DNA of 64,000 nucleotides from a virus. Its lineage: Duplodnaviria > Caudoviricetes. Numbering within the stretch: position 1 is the stretch's first letter; every line of letters starts with the position of its first letter. The DNA is taken from IMG/VR virus record IMGVR_UViG_2770939586_000001. The stretch is one strand, 5' to 3'. The translations under genes and the position numbers were made by a program. Shown in pieces: positions 46,073 through 55,461 of this stretch. A model generated the notes under the pieces. It made no database searches. It had not been told where the DNA came from and worked only from the letters and a program-made list of their open reading frames with translations.

Positions 46073-48006
46073 GTGAAAATAGTTAAACTTTTGTTCGGAG
46101 AAAACGGATATGAGCGCATTTATAACGTGCTGGAGCGCACGGCGCGTGATGGAGATATGGTGTTGGTCAATGGGAAGGACTTGCATAAGGTTACAGCGAT
46201 GGATAGCAGCGGCAATATTTTGACAGAAGGATGCGCGGCGTTTGTGCCGGAGGATTACCAGGTTGTGGAGTTTAGTGGTCGGGGAGAATTGGATGATGTG
46301 AGGTACAGGGAGGAGCAATGGCAGGAGAACACACACGATTTAATCTTAGTAGTTAACCCGGAAGAACATGTTAGACTTGTGCCGGACTTAACCCGTCAGG
46401 AGGTCATCGAGAAGGCGAAGCAGGATATTGAGGAGTTGAAAAAAACAAGCCTAGTCCAGGGTTATTCATATTATCTGCACGATGGGAAAAGATGTGATGC
46501 AAAGTTTAGTAGAGAAAATAACAAAGTTGTGTGCGAGATGTTAGGCATAAATACGTATGCTAAATATGCTCAAGGAGAAGCAACGTTCGGTCCAACTGAC
46601 TGCTTCAACTGGCATATCGGTTGCGCCATCGCATTACGCCAAGCATCGGGACTGAGTGTACCACGCTACTATACACATGCGCCACAACCCACAGAGGTAC
46701 AGGTCGGTGATATTGTGACTCACAAGATCGACAACCGGGTATTTGAAGTAGAAAAAGTAGACGGGGAAAAGTGCTCTATCGTACATCATATCCCGTCCGT
46801 ATATCGTATTTAATTGTGCTGGATGATTCTCGTCTGGTGCAAGTAAAACAGCATGATGAATCTCCAGCAGATGTAGAAGAATGGATTTCAACCAATGAAA
46901 TGCTTCAACGAATCCAAGATGGTGAAGTATACATTTGCTCGAAACATGAGGAACGGAAGGAAACGGGCCGGAGTACAAAGGTTATGAAGAAAGGCTGCAA
47001 GATATTCTGGCAGGAATCGAATGTTCAATTTGTAAACGGCGGATCACTTGTGCGTCCACTCAAATGGAAGAAGATAAGCGAAGAAGTTCCGACTGATATG
47101 GACTGGATTTCTACACAAGAGATGTTTGCACAAAGTCAGGTAGGAGAGCGATATGAAGTCCAGTTTCCAGACACTCATCCAGCGCGAGACTGTTACAACG
47201 GTTGGGCAGAGCGATTGGAGAGTGATCAAATTGTATGGCAAGGTACGTCATCGTTGACACATCCGGTAAATCCGATAACGTGCAAGTGGAGAAAAGTGAA
47301 GGAGAGTGGAATAGAACTCACTACATCACAGTTGCTTGAGCAGTTACAAGAGGGGCAACGGGCACAAATGGTGAATGGACAGCCTCACTGGAATGTTTGT
47401 GATGTCTGGAAAGAAGAAAATGCTATCTGGTATTTAGATGGTGATGGAGAACGCGCGTTACTTCCGATGTCTGACGGGGTGATGGCTGCTAAGTGGAAGT
47501 TGATCGAGGTAAAGCAACCGGAGATCACAGAGCGCCAGCAGGCTATCAGTTTAGCTAAACAACTACTTGAAAATGAGTTAACCAATGCGAATCAGCGTTA
47601 TTTTGCGATAAATGGTAGTTTATGCGATGCCGAGTTCATTGTGAATCGTGACAAGCGTACTATCGCCTGCCTGATGCGTGGTATCAACACGAAGAAGGTT
47701 CATGCGCGAGGAATCGCCAAGTGTATGCCGTCTGATTGCTTCAACGTGCATATCGGCAAAGCGATAGCGTTGTGTCGTGCTATTGGTAATGATGTACCTG
47801 ATTACTTACTGAGTGCGCCCAATCCAACAGAACCGCAGGTAGGAGATGTGATAGAGTTTCACACGAGAAAAGGCATGCCATTCAAAAAAGACAAAGTTAT
47901 AGAAGTTACGGTCACATCAAGCGGGGTATTCTGTGAGGCTAGTAAAGGTACGATAAAGTTTATCCCTGGATATGGAGACCGTGTTGTAGATGATAGCCGT
48001 GAGTAA
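46073..48006 (+). CDS. Multi-repeat phage protein split by a -1 frameshift near 46763-46771 (ORFs 46073-46813 and 46771-48006)
   Basis: The DCFNxHIGxAIAL...APxPTExQVGD...DDSR domain occurs twice, and the first copy's DDSR end lies in the second frame; three ~70-aa repeats lie between the copies. Confidence 0.65.
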
Positions 48007-48175
48007 GGAGAGAAATATATCGGGTGAGTCTGAGCTACGTTACTGCACGCCAGCGGAGTCTTTGAAGCAGGCATTGAAAGAAATGAAACTTATGCGAGAA
48101 GGTAAGCTACCGAAAAAGCCATGGGATGAGTTTTATAAGGAAATTAAAGAGTGGAAGGAGGAAGAGGGGCTATAA
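47990..48175 (+). CDS. Small hypothetical protein
   Basis: YCTPAESLKQALKEMKLMREGKLPKKPWDEF; RBS suggests an ATA start at 48017. Confidence 0.55.
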   Translation: MIAVSKERNISGESELRYCTPAESLKQALKEMKLMREGKLPKKPWDEFYKEIKEWKEEEGL

Positions 48176-48492
48176 ACCAAAATTTGCAGGGTGATTGGAT
48201 TGTTTTGGACAAAGAAAAGCTACGGGCGAAAATAATCAAACTCCCGGTCAAAAACGGAGCGATCATGTTAGATCACAATAACCCGGATCATCGTGATTTG
48301 TTTGAAGATGACGAAGAAGGAGATGACAGAATGGTAGATGTGATTAAAAAGCGTGTTGTGTACGTAGATATGGCCGGGCTGGAACCACAGCAAGTAGAGG
48401 AAGAAGTGACGTTACTCCAGTTTCAGGGGCTATTGGTAAAGGAGTCGCAGGGGCTTGTGAAGATTGTGGAAGTGCCGGATTTTAGTGGATAA
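48151..48492 (+). CDS. Hypothetical protein, possibly two fused small genes
   Basis: Internal RBS AAGGAG before MVDVIKK. Confidence 0.45.
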   Translation: MEGGRGAINQNLQGDWIVLDKEKLRAKIIKLPVKNGAIMLDHNNPDHRDLFEDDEEGDDRMVDVIKKRVVYVDMAGLEPQQVEEEVTLLQFQGLLVKESQGLVKIVEVPDFSG

Positions 48493-48499
48493 TTATATG

Positions 48500-48530
48500 A
48501 GGAGCCTGCCTTCTAACAGTTCAGGCTCCT
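48500..48530. terminator. Terminator hairpin between convergent genes
   Basis: AGGAGCCTG/CAGGCTCCT. Confidence 0.6.
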
Positions 48531-48536
48531 TGTTCT

Positions 48537-49382
48537 TTATTTAAAAAGCTTGTTGAAGTCCACTTCAAGCCCCGCCTGTGAGAGTTCACGAGCTAGTTCT
48601 ATTTCCCAGCTTCCCGCCATGGTTGTATATACGACTCCCTGAATATCAGACAGTATTTCAAGGTCTCCCTTTATTAAAGCGCAAACTTTGTTACGACCTA
48701 AGCGGCCCATAAAAAAGCCTAATTCAAAGATAACATTTTGCCTTGCACGACTTTTAGCTTCTTCAGGCTGTTCTTTTTTATAACCTATATCGTCAGGGGT
48801 TAAAAGCACTATTGCAAATGAGACATCTGAGTTAGCTTCAAACTTCTCAATAATAGTTCTCCCCTGATTAGCTTGTTCATGTAGGATAACAGGTTCAAAG
48901 TCTAATTTCTCTAGAAACCTAGTTACAGTCAGCTTTGTTTCGTTATCTTGTCCATGAACAATGAAGATTTTACGGTTACTGGTTACTGGATTTTGAGGAA
49001 TGTCACTTTCGTAATCGACCTGGATAGCTTCAGTATAAAGTTCTAGTCTATGTAAAATAGATTCTAATCTTTCAACTTTTTCGTTAGCATCTTTCCTGAA
49101 ATCTTTTACTTCATCCTGAAAAGTATAATCACCCATTATCATAAAAGGACCAACGTAGTTATATTCTTCTGCTATGGAATCGTCACTAAAAAGAGTGAGT
49201 AATAAATCATAATTATAATTGCTCCATTTTGTCTTTTCACTTTCTGCTTTTCGGAGGTCTTCTTGACCATATATAGAGAAATCTCCTAGTTGCTTACCTT
49301 TTTCAATTTGTTTAAGAATTTTATTAGCGGCCTCTTCTCTAGAAACATTGAGCGAGGGGAGTTTCCTGCTTTTCTTGGTCAT
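48537..49382 (-). CDS. CAP12/Pycsar-type TIR nucleotide-binding domain protein
   Basis: KIFIVHG, TIIEKFE, FAIVLLTPDD, RARQNVIFELGFFMGRLGR, SDIQGV. Confidence 0.88.
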   Translation of the reverse strand: MTKKSRKLPSLNVSREEAANKILKQIEKGKQLGDFSIYGQEDLRKAESEKTKWSNYNYDLLLTLFSDDSIAEEYNYVGPFMIMGDYTFQDEVKDFRKDANEKVERLESILHRLELYTEAIQVDYESDIPQNPVTSNRKIFIVHGQDNETKLTVTRFLEKLDFEPVILHEQANQGRTIIEKFEANSDVSFAIVLLTPDDIGYKKEQPEEAKSRARQNVIFELGFFMGRLGRNKVCALIKGDLEILSDIQGVVYTTMAGSWEIELARELSQAGLEVDFNKLFK

Positions 49383-49475
49383 TGAACTTCCTCCCTATTT
49401 AATATTTTAAATCTATCATAAATCGCTTTCCTTCATATGTAAATTCAGATTGTATTTATATTTTAAATAATTTCA

Positions 49476-49513
49476 CTAAAAAAATCGCTTCGACACTCGT
49501 ATAGAGTAGTTGA
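49476..49513 (+). promoter_or_regulatory. Phage promoter motif, copy 5
   Basis: CTAAAA-N16-CGTATAGAGTAGTTGA. Confidence 0.75.
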
Positions 49514-49538
49514 AGCGATTTTTTTGTGAGGTGATAAG

Positions 49539-49919
49539 GTGACGGTTAGAAAAAACGTGCTTAAGCTAGTCGAGAACAGCCCACATGTCAGCAAGAATAC
49601 AGCGCTGTTGGTCATGTGGTACTGGCGGTTGTTCGATGGCTGGGAAGCGAAAGATGATGTTGTGTTTACATCACCAGAGGAGATTTGCAGGGAGTTTCGA
49701 CAGCTAGAATCGGACGGTATTATTGATGCAGTAACAGGAGAGATTACGCCACTAGAGATCGGACAGGTTGTAAGGTTGGATACGTGGCGAGAAGAGTACG
49801 CCAAATACAAAGGCCAGAAAGCAGAAGTATGCGATGTGTTTGAAACGGAGCCACGATATCTTGTGAAAGTGGAGTCTTGTTCTCGGTTCTTTGTCTACTC
49901 AGGGGAGATTGAACGATGA
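49539..49919 (+). CDS. Hypothetical protein (SH3-like C-terminus)
   Basis: RBS GAGGTGA; IGQVVRL...GQKAEV...RYLVKV. Confidence 0.55.
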   Translation: MTVRKNVLKLVENSPHVSKNTALLVMWYWRLFDGWEAKDDVVFTSPEEICREFRQLESDGIIDAVTGEITPLEIGQVVRLDTWREEYAKYKGQKAEVCDVFETEPRYLVKVESCSRFFVYSGEIER

Positions 49920-50179
49920 AACAATCTGAACGCTTGGTTTTGTTAGAGGAGAATAAACAGGAGATTGAGCGCTTAAACACTGAGTTACAGCGGAGAAAAG
50001 GGATTGTGAGTGACTTGCTGGACGGATGCAATCATACAGACGGCAATGGGGATAGGCTTACAGATGAAACATTTACACAAGAAGAAGCGATTTCTATGCG
50101 AGTAAAATCATGCAAAATATGTGGTGCGTTACTTGAGCTCAGCACCAGCATTTTTACAAGTATGTTCGAGAGGGTGTAG
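49916..50179 (+). CDS. Hypothetical protein (coiled coil, CxH...CxxC)
   Basis: Coupled ORF. Confidence 0.55.
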   Translation: MKQSERLVLLEENKQEIERLNTELQRRKGIVSDLLDGCNHTDGNGDRLTDETFTQEEAISMRVKSCKICGALLELSTSIFTSMFERV

Positions 50180-50183
50180 AAAT

Positions 50184-50366
50184 ATGAAGTTCATCGAGAA
50201 TCGGAGAACAATCGTGCCGAAACGTGATATGTCAGTAAATAAACCGGCAGAGGTCAAAACATATATCTTGCCGCCGGAGGAGTTGAAAAAATACAGATCA
50301 ATGCCGCAGCCAGAACAGGAACGAACGTATCACACATGGGAAAGAAGCTCGAAATGGCAGGGGTGA
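50184..50366 (+). CDS. Hypothetical protein
   Basis: VKTYILPPEELKKYR motif; RBS GAGGG. Confidence 0.5.
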   Translation: MKFIENRRTIVPKRDMSVNKPAEVKTYILPPEELKKYRSMPQPEQERTYHTWERSSKWQG

Positions 50367-50370
50367 TAGG

Positions 50371-50904
50371 ATGAGCCGCCAAGAAATTGAAAATCATCTA
50401 GCAACCTGGGATGTACGAAAGGAAGTAGTCGAGCGTATCAAACGTTCCGGACTTCCGATTCCACTGAAGCCAACAGAGCCGGAAGCGATGAGTACAGAAT
50501 GGAACGAGATGAACCAGCAGCATGGCGGGCTTAGCAATATTCCATTTGATGAGTTGGGCAATTTTCTCGGCAAGTGGGATGCGCTGACAGCTTATGCTCG
50601 GTATGTGGAAGCAGTGGCTGATTTGGAGCAGACGGCAATCAAAGAACGGAAAGACCACGTAAAAAGTCAATTGTATGTGCTAAGTGAGGGAACACGCGAG
50701 ATACGGTATGCATCATGCCAGAGTGATCCGTTGTATGTAGGATTACAGCATAAGTTTGAGATTGCAGAAGCGACATATACGGCAATGCGGGCGCTACGTG
50801 AAGGATATGAGGGTAAAGTCAATGTTATTAGTCGGGAGATTACCAGGAGAGGAAATGAATTGCAAGGGACGCGGCTATCAAGTAACCGGGGAGGAGGAGC
50901 TTGA
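50371..50904 (+). CDS. Helical protein, UvsY-like recombination mediator candidate
   Basis: Long helices with DP.Y...ISREITRR. Confidence 0.4.
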   Translation: MSRQEIENHLATWDVRKEVVERIKRSGLPIPLKPTEPEAMSTEWNEMNQQHGGLSNIPFDELGNFLGKWDALTAYARYVEAVADLEQTAIKERKDHVKSQLYVLSEGTREIRYASCQSDPLYVGLQHKFEIAEATYTAMRALREGYEGKVNVISREITRRGNELQGTRLSSNRGGGA

Positions 50905-51059
50905 TGAAGGTGTATCTAGGGCGGGAGCGCTGCGACGATTGCTTACGTGTGAAAAAAGTTTTGACGTTTGAACGCGGTAATAGCCAGATACATCTTTGTA
51001 AGGTGTGCGTAACAAGCTGGTCAAAGCGATTTCATAATAATTTTCGAGAAGAAAAGTAG
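50904..51059 (+). CDS. 51-aa zinc-finger protein (not in ORF track)
   Basis: MKVYLGRERCDDC...IHLCKVC; RBS GGAGGAGG; TGATG coupling. Confidence 0.6.
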   Translation: MKVYLGRERCDDCLRVKKVLTFERGNSQIHLCKVCVTSWSKRFHNNFREEK

Positions 51060-51067
51060 ATGTTTGA

Positions 51068-51105
51068 CTGAAATTTTGTTTACCTACTCCGTATAGAGTA
51101 TGTGA
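51068..51105 (+). promoter_or_regulatory. Phage promoter motif, copy 6
   Basis: CTGAAA-N16-CGTATAGAGTATGTGA. Confidence 0.82.
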
Positions 51106-51120
51106 AAGGAGATGAAATGC

Positions 51121-52008
51121 ATGAAACGTAAGACAATTAAGGCTGTGCTTGCTAAGAAACACGCTGAGTTTGTAGAAAGTATCAAAGATGAGGAAGTTCA
51201 GCGTCTGGTCCAGAAAAACGCTATCATCACAGGTGGCTGCATTACATCTATGCTGCTGAATGAGAAAGTCAACGACTTTGACTATTACTTTACTAACAAG
51301 GAGACAGTGCTGGCAGTCGCACGGTACTACGTGGACGAGTTCAACAAGAGAAACGACTACAATGCACGCGTGGAAGAGATGGAGAGTGGTCGAGTACGGG
51401 TAGTTGTTCAAAGTCAGGGGATTGCAGCGGAAGAAGGATTCGAGGATACGGAATCAGAAGATGAACCGGCTACGTTGTTTGAAGATGATGAATCTACGGT
51501 GGGAGAGCTTAAGGAGAAGGATGGTGACAAGTACCGTCCAGTGTTCTTATCGTCAAATGCGATTACGCTGACAGGCAAAATCCAGTTGGTGTTGCGATTC
51601 TATGGGGAGCCGGATGAAATCCACGAGAATTACGACTACGCCCATACAAAATGCTACTGGCGGGCGGAGAACGGACATCTTGATTTACCTGCATCAGCGT
51701 TAGAAGCGATTCTTGCAAAAGAGTTGATATACACAGGCTCTAAGTATCCACTGGCTTCTATCATTAGGTCGAAGAAATTTGTGCAGCGGGGATGGAGAAT
51801 CAATGCTGGACAGTTTGTAAAAATGGCGCTTCATCTAAATGAAATGGACTTGAAAGACCCGAATGTATTGGAAGAACAGCTTACGGGTGTTGATTTTGCT
51901 TACTTTCAAGCAGTGATTAACAGTATCAAAAAGCGCATGGAAGAAGATGAGCATTTTAAGTTGGACAATGCTTATCTGTTTGAAGTAATTAACCGCATTT
52001 TTGACTAG
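51121..52008 (+). CDS. Pol-beta-superfamily nucleotidyltransferase-like protein
   Basis: IITGGCITS...NDFDYYF, IQLV, YDYAH, RSKKFVQRGW. Confidence 0.65.
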   Translation: MKRKTIKAVLAKKHAEFVESIKDEEVQRLVQKNAIITGGCITSMLLNEKVNDFDYYFTNKETVLAVARYYVDEFNKRNDYNARVEEMESGRVRVVVQSQGIAAEEGFEDTESEDEPATLFEDDESTVGELKEKDGDKYRPVFLSSNAITLTGKIQLVLRFYGEPDEIHENYDYAHTKCYWRAENGHLDLPASALEAILAKELIYTGSKYPLASIIRSKKFVQRGWRINAGQFVKMALHLNEMDLKDPNVLEEQLTGVDFAYFQAVINSIKKRMEEDEHFKLDNAYLFEVINRIFD

Positions 52009-52091
52009 GAGTAGATCGTGATGGGTATGGAACCACGCATGACAATCCAGCAGAACGCGAAACAAAATAAAAATTGATGGGGGTAAATAAC

Positions 52092-52352
52092 ATGGAAATC
52101 TTAAAAGTTTCAGCAAAGTCGAATCCGAATTCTGTAGCAGGGGCATTGGCAGGTGTTCTTCGTGAACGTGGTTCTGCTGAGATGCAAGCAATCGGGGCAG
52201 GGGCATTGAACCAGGCAGTTAAAGCTGTCGCCATCGCACGTGGATTTGTAGCACCAAGTGGAGTAGATCTAATCTGCATCCCAGCTTTCGCGGATATTAT
52301 GATTGATGGGGAAGAACGGACGGCGATTAAGCTGATTGTTGAGCCACGGTAA
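52092..52352 (+). CDS. spoVS: Stage V sporulation protein S
   Basis: MEILKVSAKSNPNSVAGALAG...AIGAGALNQAVKAVAIARGF...PAF...GEERTAIKLIV. Confidence 0.95.
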   Translation: MEILKVSAKSNPNSVAGALAGVLRERGSAEMQAIGAGALNQAVKAVAIARGFVAPSGVDLICIPAFADIMIDGEERTAIKLIVEPR

Positions 52353-52431
52353 TTGATGTTAGGGCTGAACCTGTAAGTAGTTTTTTCAAGTTCAGCTCCC
52401 TTTTTAGATATTCTTAACAGGAGATGTAGCC

Positions 52432-53796
52432 ATGACAAACGAGGAGATGATTGCAAGGGCTAGAGCAGGAGATGAGTCAATATTTGAGGAATTTTTCACT
52501 AAAAACGAGCCTTTCACTTATCACATTGCGCGAAAGTTTTCGAATACAGGGTTGGATGTTGAGGATTTAGCGTCAATAGCAAAGGTAGGAATGCTGAAGG
52601 CGTACCATTCATTTGATCTGGATAAAGCCATTAAGTTCGCTACTTATGCGGCACGGTGTATGTCGAATGAGATTCTGATGTTTCTACGGAAGAATAATAA
52701 GCATATAGGATTGGTGAGTCTGGATGCAGCGCTGAACATTGATTTTGATGGCAATGAATTGACACTGGCTGATGTACTGGAAGATACGTCTGCGCTAACA
52801 CCGGATTCCAGGGTTATGAGTGAAGCGTTAATGAAGGTGACGGAAGGGTTTCTTCAGACGTTGTCGGAGAGGGATCGAGGAATCTTCTTGTCATGCGTAG
52901 TTGAGGAGAAGAAACAGGATCATATCGCAAGTGAATTTGATATTTCGCAATCGTATATTTCGAGATTAGTTAAACGCTTGATTAAAAAGTTTCAAAAATA
53001 TGCACGTAGAGTAGGTTTTATTGACGGTCAGGAGAATATGACAGCGAAGCAAATTGAATTAGGAGATGAAGCACAGGAGGAGACTAACGTGAAAGCGTGG
53101 CAATGTGCGGAGTGCGGTTCTGACAATAAACCGGCTGGCGCGGGATCAAATACAACACTTTGCAGGTCATGTCGAAGCGAAAAAATGCGGCAAGGTAAAA
53201 AAGAATATGAAATCTCCTGTGTCGAATGTGGTGAAATATTTATAGCAAGGTCGAAGATAGCAAAGTATTGTACGCAGTGCAAGGAGAACAAGCAAAGTGG
53301 AAAAGTAGATGACACGCAAGCAAAACAAGTTCCAGTATACGTTCATTCAGATGTAGAAGGAGATGGTAAAGTGGAATATGTACAAGTACCAGCAAATGAA
53401 ACAGAAAGTGTGATCTATCCTCTGAGCAAGGTTGCGGAGCAGTTGAGAGTGTCTACAAGCGCATTACGTAAATGGTGCATGGGTTTGGAAAAGCAAGGAT
53501 ATGTATTCAAGGATAATTCTGGAGCTGGGCGTTTTATGAATAGCCAGGATATTTTCATGCTGCGGCAGATACAGAAGAAGATGGGAAAAGGTACATCTAT
53601 TGAAGAAGTGGTAACGGATGTGCTAGCTCGTTACGGTAAAAGAAAAGAGGACGGAGAGACGGCATTTCATCGCTTAATGCGTGGAGATACTCTATACTTG
53701 TCAGCGCAAGATGCACGTAAGATATGCGAAGCGCTGGATGTGCTGGGTGTTTGCTATGATCAGGAGAATGTGACAGCACTAAAAATGCTAGGTTAA
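52432..53796 (+). CDS. SigE/SigK-like sigma factor fused to two zinc ribbons and a MerR-like HTH
   Basis: KFATYAARCMSNEILMFLRK, DFDGNELTLADVL, ISQSYISR; four CxxC; VAEQLRVSTSALRKWC..LE..GY.F. Confidence 0.85.
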   Translation: MTNEEMIARARAGDESIFEEFFTKNEPFTYHIARKFSNTGLDVEDLASIAKVGMLKAYHSFDLDKAIKFATYAARCMSNEILMFLRKNNKHIGLVSLDAALNIDFDGNELTLADVLEDTSALTPDSRVMSEALMKVTEGFLQTLSERDRGIFLSCVVEEKKQDHIASEFDISQSYISRLVKRLIKKFQKYARRVGFIDGQENMTAKQIELGDEAQEETNVKAWQCAECGSDNKPAGAGSNTTLCRSCRSEKMRQGKKEYEISCVECGEIFIARSKIAKYCTQCKENKQSGKVDDTQAKQVPVYVHSDVEGDGKVEYVQVPANETESVIYPLSKVAEQLRVSTSALRKWCMGLEKQGYVFKDNSGAGRFMNSQDIFMLRQIQKKMGKGTSIEEVVTDVLARYGKRKEDGETAFHRLMRGDTLYLSAQDARKICEALDVLGVCYDQENVTALKMLG

Positions 53797-53828
53797 AACC
53801 AAGCCGGGGCCATGCCTCGGTTTTTTGT

Positions 53829-54104
53829 TTGCCTACCCTATCTATAAAAGGAGATGTATTGTATATGCCAGATTTAGAAGGAATGTTTACGGAAAAGATC
53901 GTCGTGAATGGTGAATATATCAAAGGTGATATTGTTCGAGCGTCTAACATTGATTTGCGCTATGTCATAGTAAATGGGCAAGGAAGCAAGCTTGTCGGGA
54001 ACTGGACAAGTCAGCAGTTAATGGACATGTCTGAGGAACTGAAGTGCATCGCACTGAAAATTGGCGTTTTGAATAGTTTAGATTCATCTTTGCCAGAAGC
54101 ATAG
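53829..54104 (+). CDS. Hypothetical protein
   Basis: RBS AAAGGAG; start probably ~53859-53865. Confidence 0.45.
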   Translation: MPTLSIKGDVLYMPDLEGMFTEKIVVNGEYIKGDIVRASNIDLRYVIVNGQGSKLVGNWTSQQLMDMSEELKCIALKIGVLNSLDSSLPEA

Positions 54105-54187
54105 AAAGTAGAACATGCATTTCCTTCTTTATGGGCAAGAGAGTATACTTAAAGTAGATGCTTTCTTGTCCGAAAGGAGATGAGTAG

Positions 54188-54901
54188 ATGAATAAGGAGA
54201 TTTTTGAACGGTGTAAAGTAGATAAATTATATTTAGAACAATTTATGCGGGAGAACGAGAATCTAATCTGGTTCTCGATCCGCAAATATATTGGGGAGCC
54301 AGCAGAAGTAGCAGACAAGTATCGAATTGATAAAGATGATTTGCTGCAGCTTGGGAGGCTGGCGATGTTGAAGTGTATCAAGCGATTTGACCCGGACCGA
54401 AGAGTGAAGTTCAGCTCATTCACGGTAACGGCCATCGTTAGAGAAGTACGATGTTTCCTGCGTGACAAAACTAGTGTGATTCGACCAACACGTTCGGCCA
54501 GTGAGCTGTTGAATCGGATTAAGCAGACGATATGCGAGTTGGAATATGTACCATCTACACGCGATATTGCGGAACTGCTGGACGTAGATGAGCAGCGGGT
54601 TGTAAAAGCCATGAAAGTAGCAGGAGATACCGTATATGCTGAATTTGATATGCCGATACCGAAACGAGCAGAAGATGATGTGATAGACAGTATGTATACG
54701 CAGGAAATATTGCAGGATATGGCGTGTCGTATGACGGATGTAGAGTTTAACATTGTGCTCGGGAGACTGAATGGTATGTCTTATAGGCAGCTATCTGAGA
54801 AGTGTAAAGTATCGAAGAAAGCAGTAGTTCGAACGATGAGGAAGGCTAGGGAGGTGCTACGAGATGTGTATACTCTAATGAATGAGTTGGACAAGGATTG
54901 A
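54188..54901 (+). CDS. SigF/SigG-like sigma factor
   Basis: DDLLQLGRLAMLKCIKRFDP...KFSSF...IVREVRCFLRD; region 3 PSTRDIAELL; region 4 HTH. Confidence 0.85.
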   Translation: MNKEIFERCKVDKLYLEQFMRENENLIWFSIRKYIGEPAEVADKYRIDKDDLLQLGRLAMLKCIKRFDPDRRVKFSSFTVTAIVREVRCFLRDKTSVIRPTRSASELLNRIKQTICELEYVPSTRDIAELLDVDEQRVVKAMKVAGDTVYAEFDMPIPKRAEDDVIDSMYTQEILQDMACRMTDVEFNIVLGRLNGMSYRQLSEKCKVSKKAVVRTMRKAREVLRDVYTLMNELDKD

Positions 54902-54913
54902 GGTGAACAGGAG

Positions 54914-55444
54914 ATGGCGGTAGATAACTGTCCGCAGAAGGAGAGTTTTGACGCACGGTTGCAGGCGCAAAAAGAAGCGCAGGAGAAGTTTGAACGGCAA
55001 GTAGAAGTAGATATGCAGCGAATTGAGAAACAGATGACAGACGGAATGACACGGCTTGAAACTCGCATGGGGGCATTGGAACGTAAACAGGAGGACAGCG
55101 CGATAGAAGTGGCCCGGCAGTTTGCGGAAACATCGAAGCAGATGATTATCATGGAAACAAGAATCAAGGATGTGGGTGAGAAAGTAGATAGTACATCTGC
55201 TCAAAACTTTGTCTTGCTCCAGTCCATGCAGGAGCAGCTGGCCGCAAACAATGAGTGGCTTAGGACAACGGTGGACCGTGATAAGCAAGTTGATAATGAC
55301 CTAGTGCAGCAAGGAGTCGAGTCGCAACGCCAGCAGGTAAAACATTTTCAAGATTTAAGCATTACGATGCTGGCTAAGCTGGGGGCTGCTGGTGCGGCGA
55401 TTGCTGCTGCCATTGCGGCAGCGTGGCAATATTTTACGAAGTAA
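54914..55444 (+). CDS. Coiled-coil protein with C-terminal TM (XhlA/holin-like)
   Basis: Heptads followed by LGAAGAAIAAAIAAAWQYF; directly upstream of the endolysin. Confidence 0.55.
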   Translation: MAVDNCPQKESFDARLQAQKEAQEKFERQVEVDMQRIEKQMTDGMTRLETRMGALERKQEDSAIEVARQFAETSKQMIIMETRIKDVGEKVDSTSAQNFVLLQSMQEQLAANNEWLRTTVDRDKQVDNDLVQQGVESQRQQVKHFQDLSITMLAKLGAAGAAIAAAIAAAWQYFTK

Positions 55445-55461
55445 GAGGGAGGCTGAAATAA

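Noticed and set aside
53965-54753. 262-aa minus-strand ORF and other long antisense ORFs
   Set aside because: Shadows of well-supported genes on the opposite strand, with no SD or recognisable motifs.
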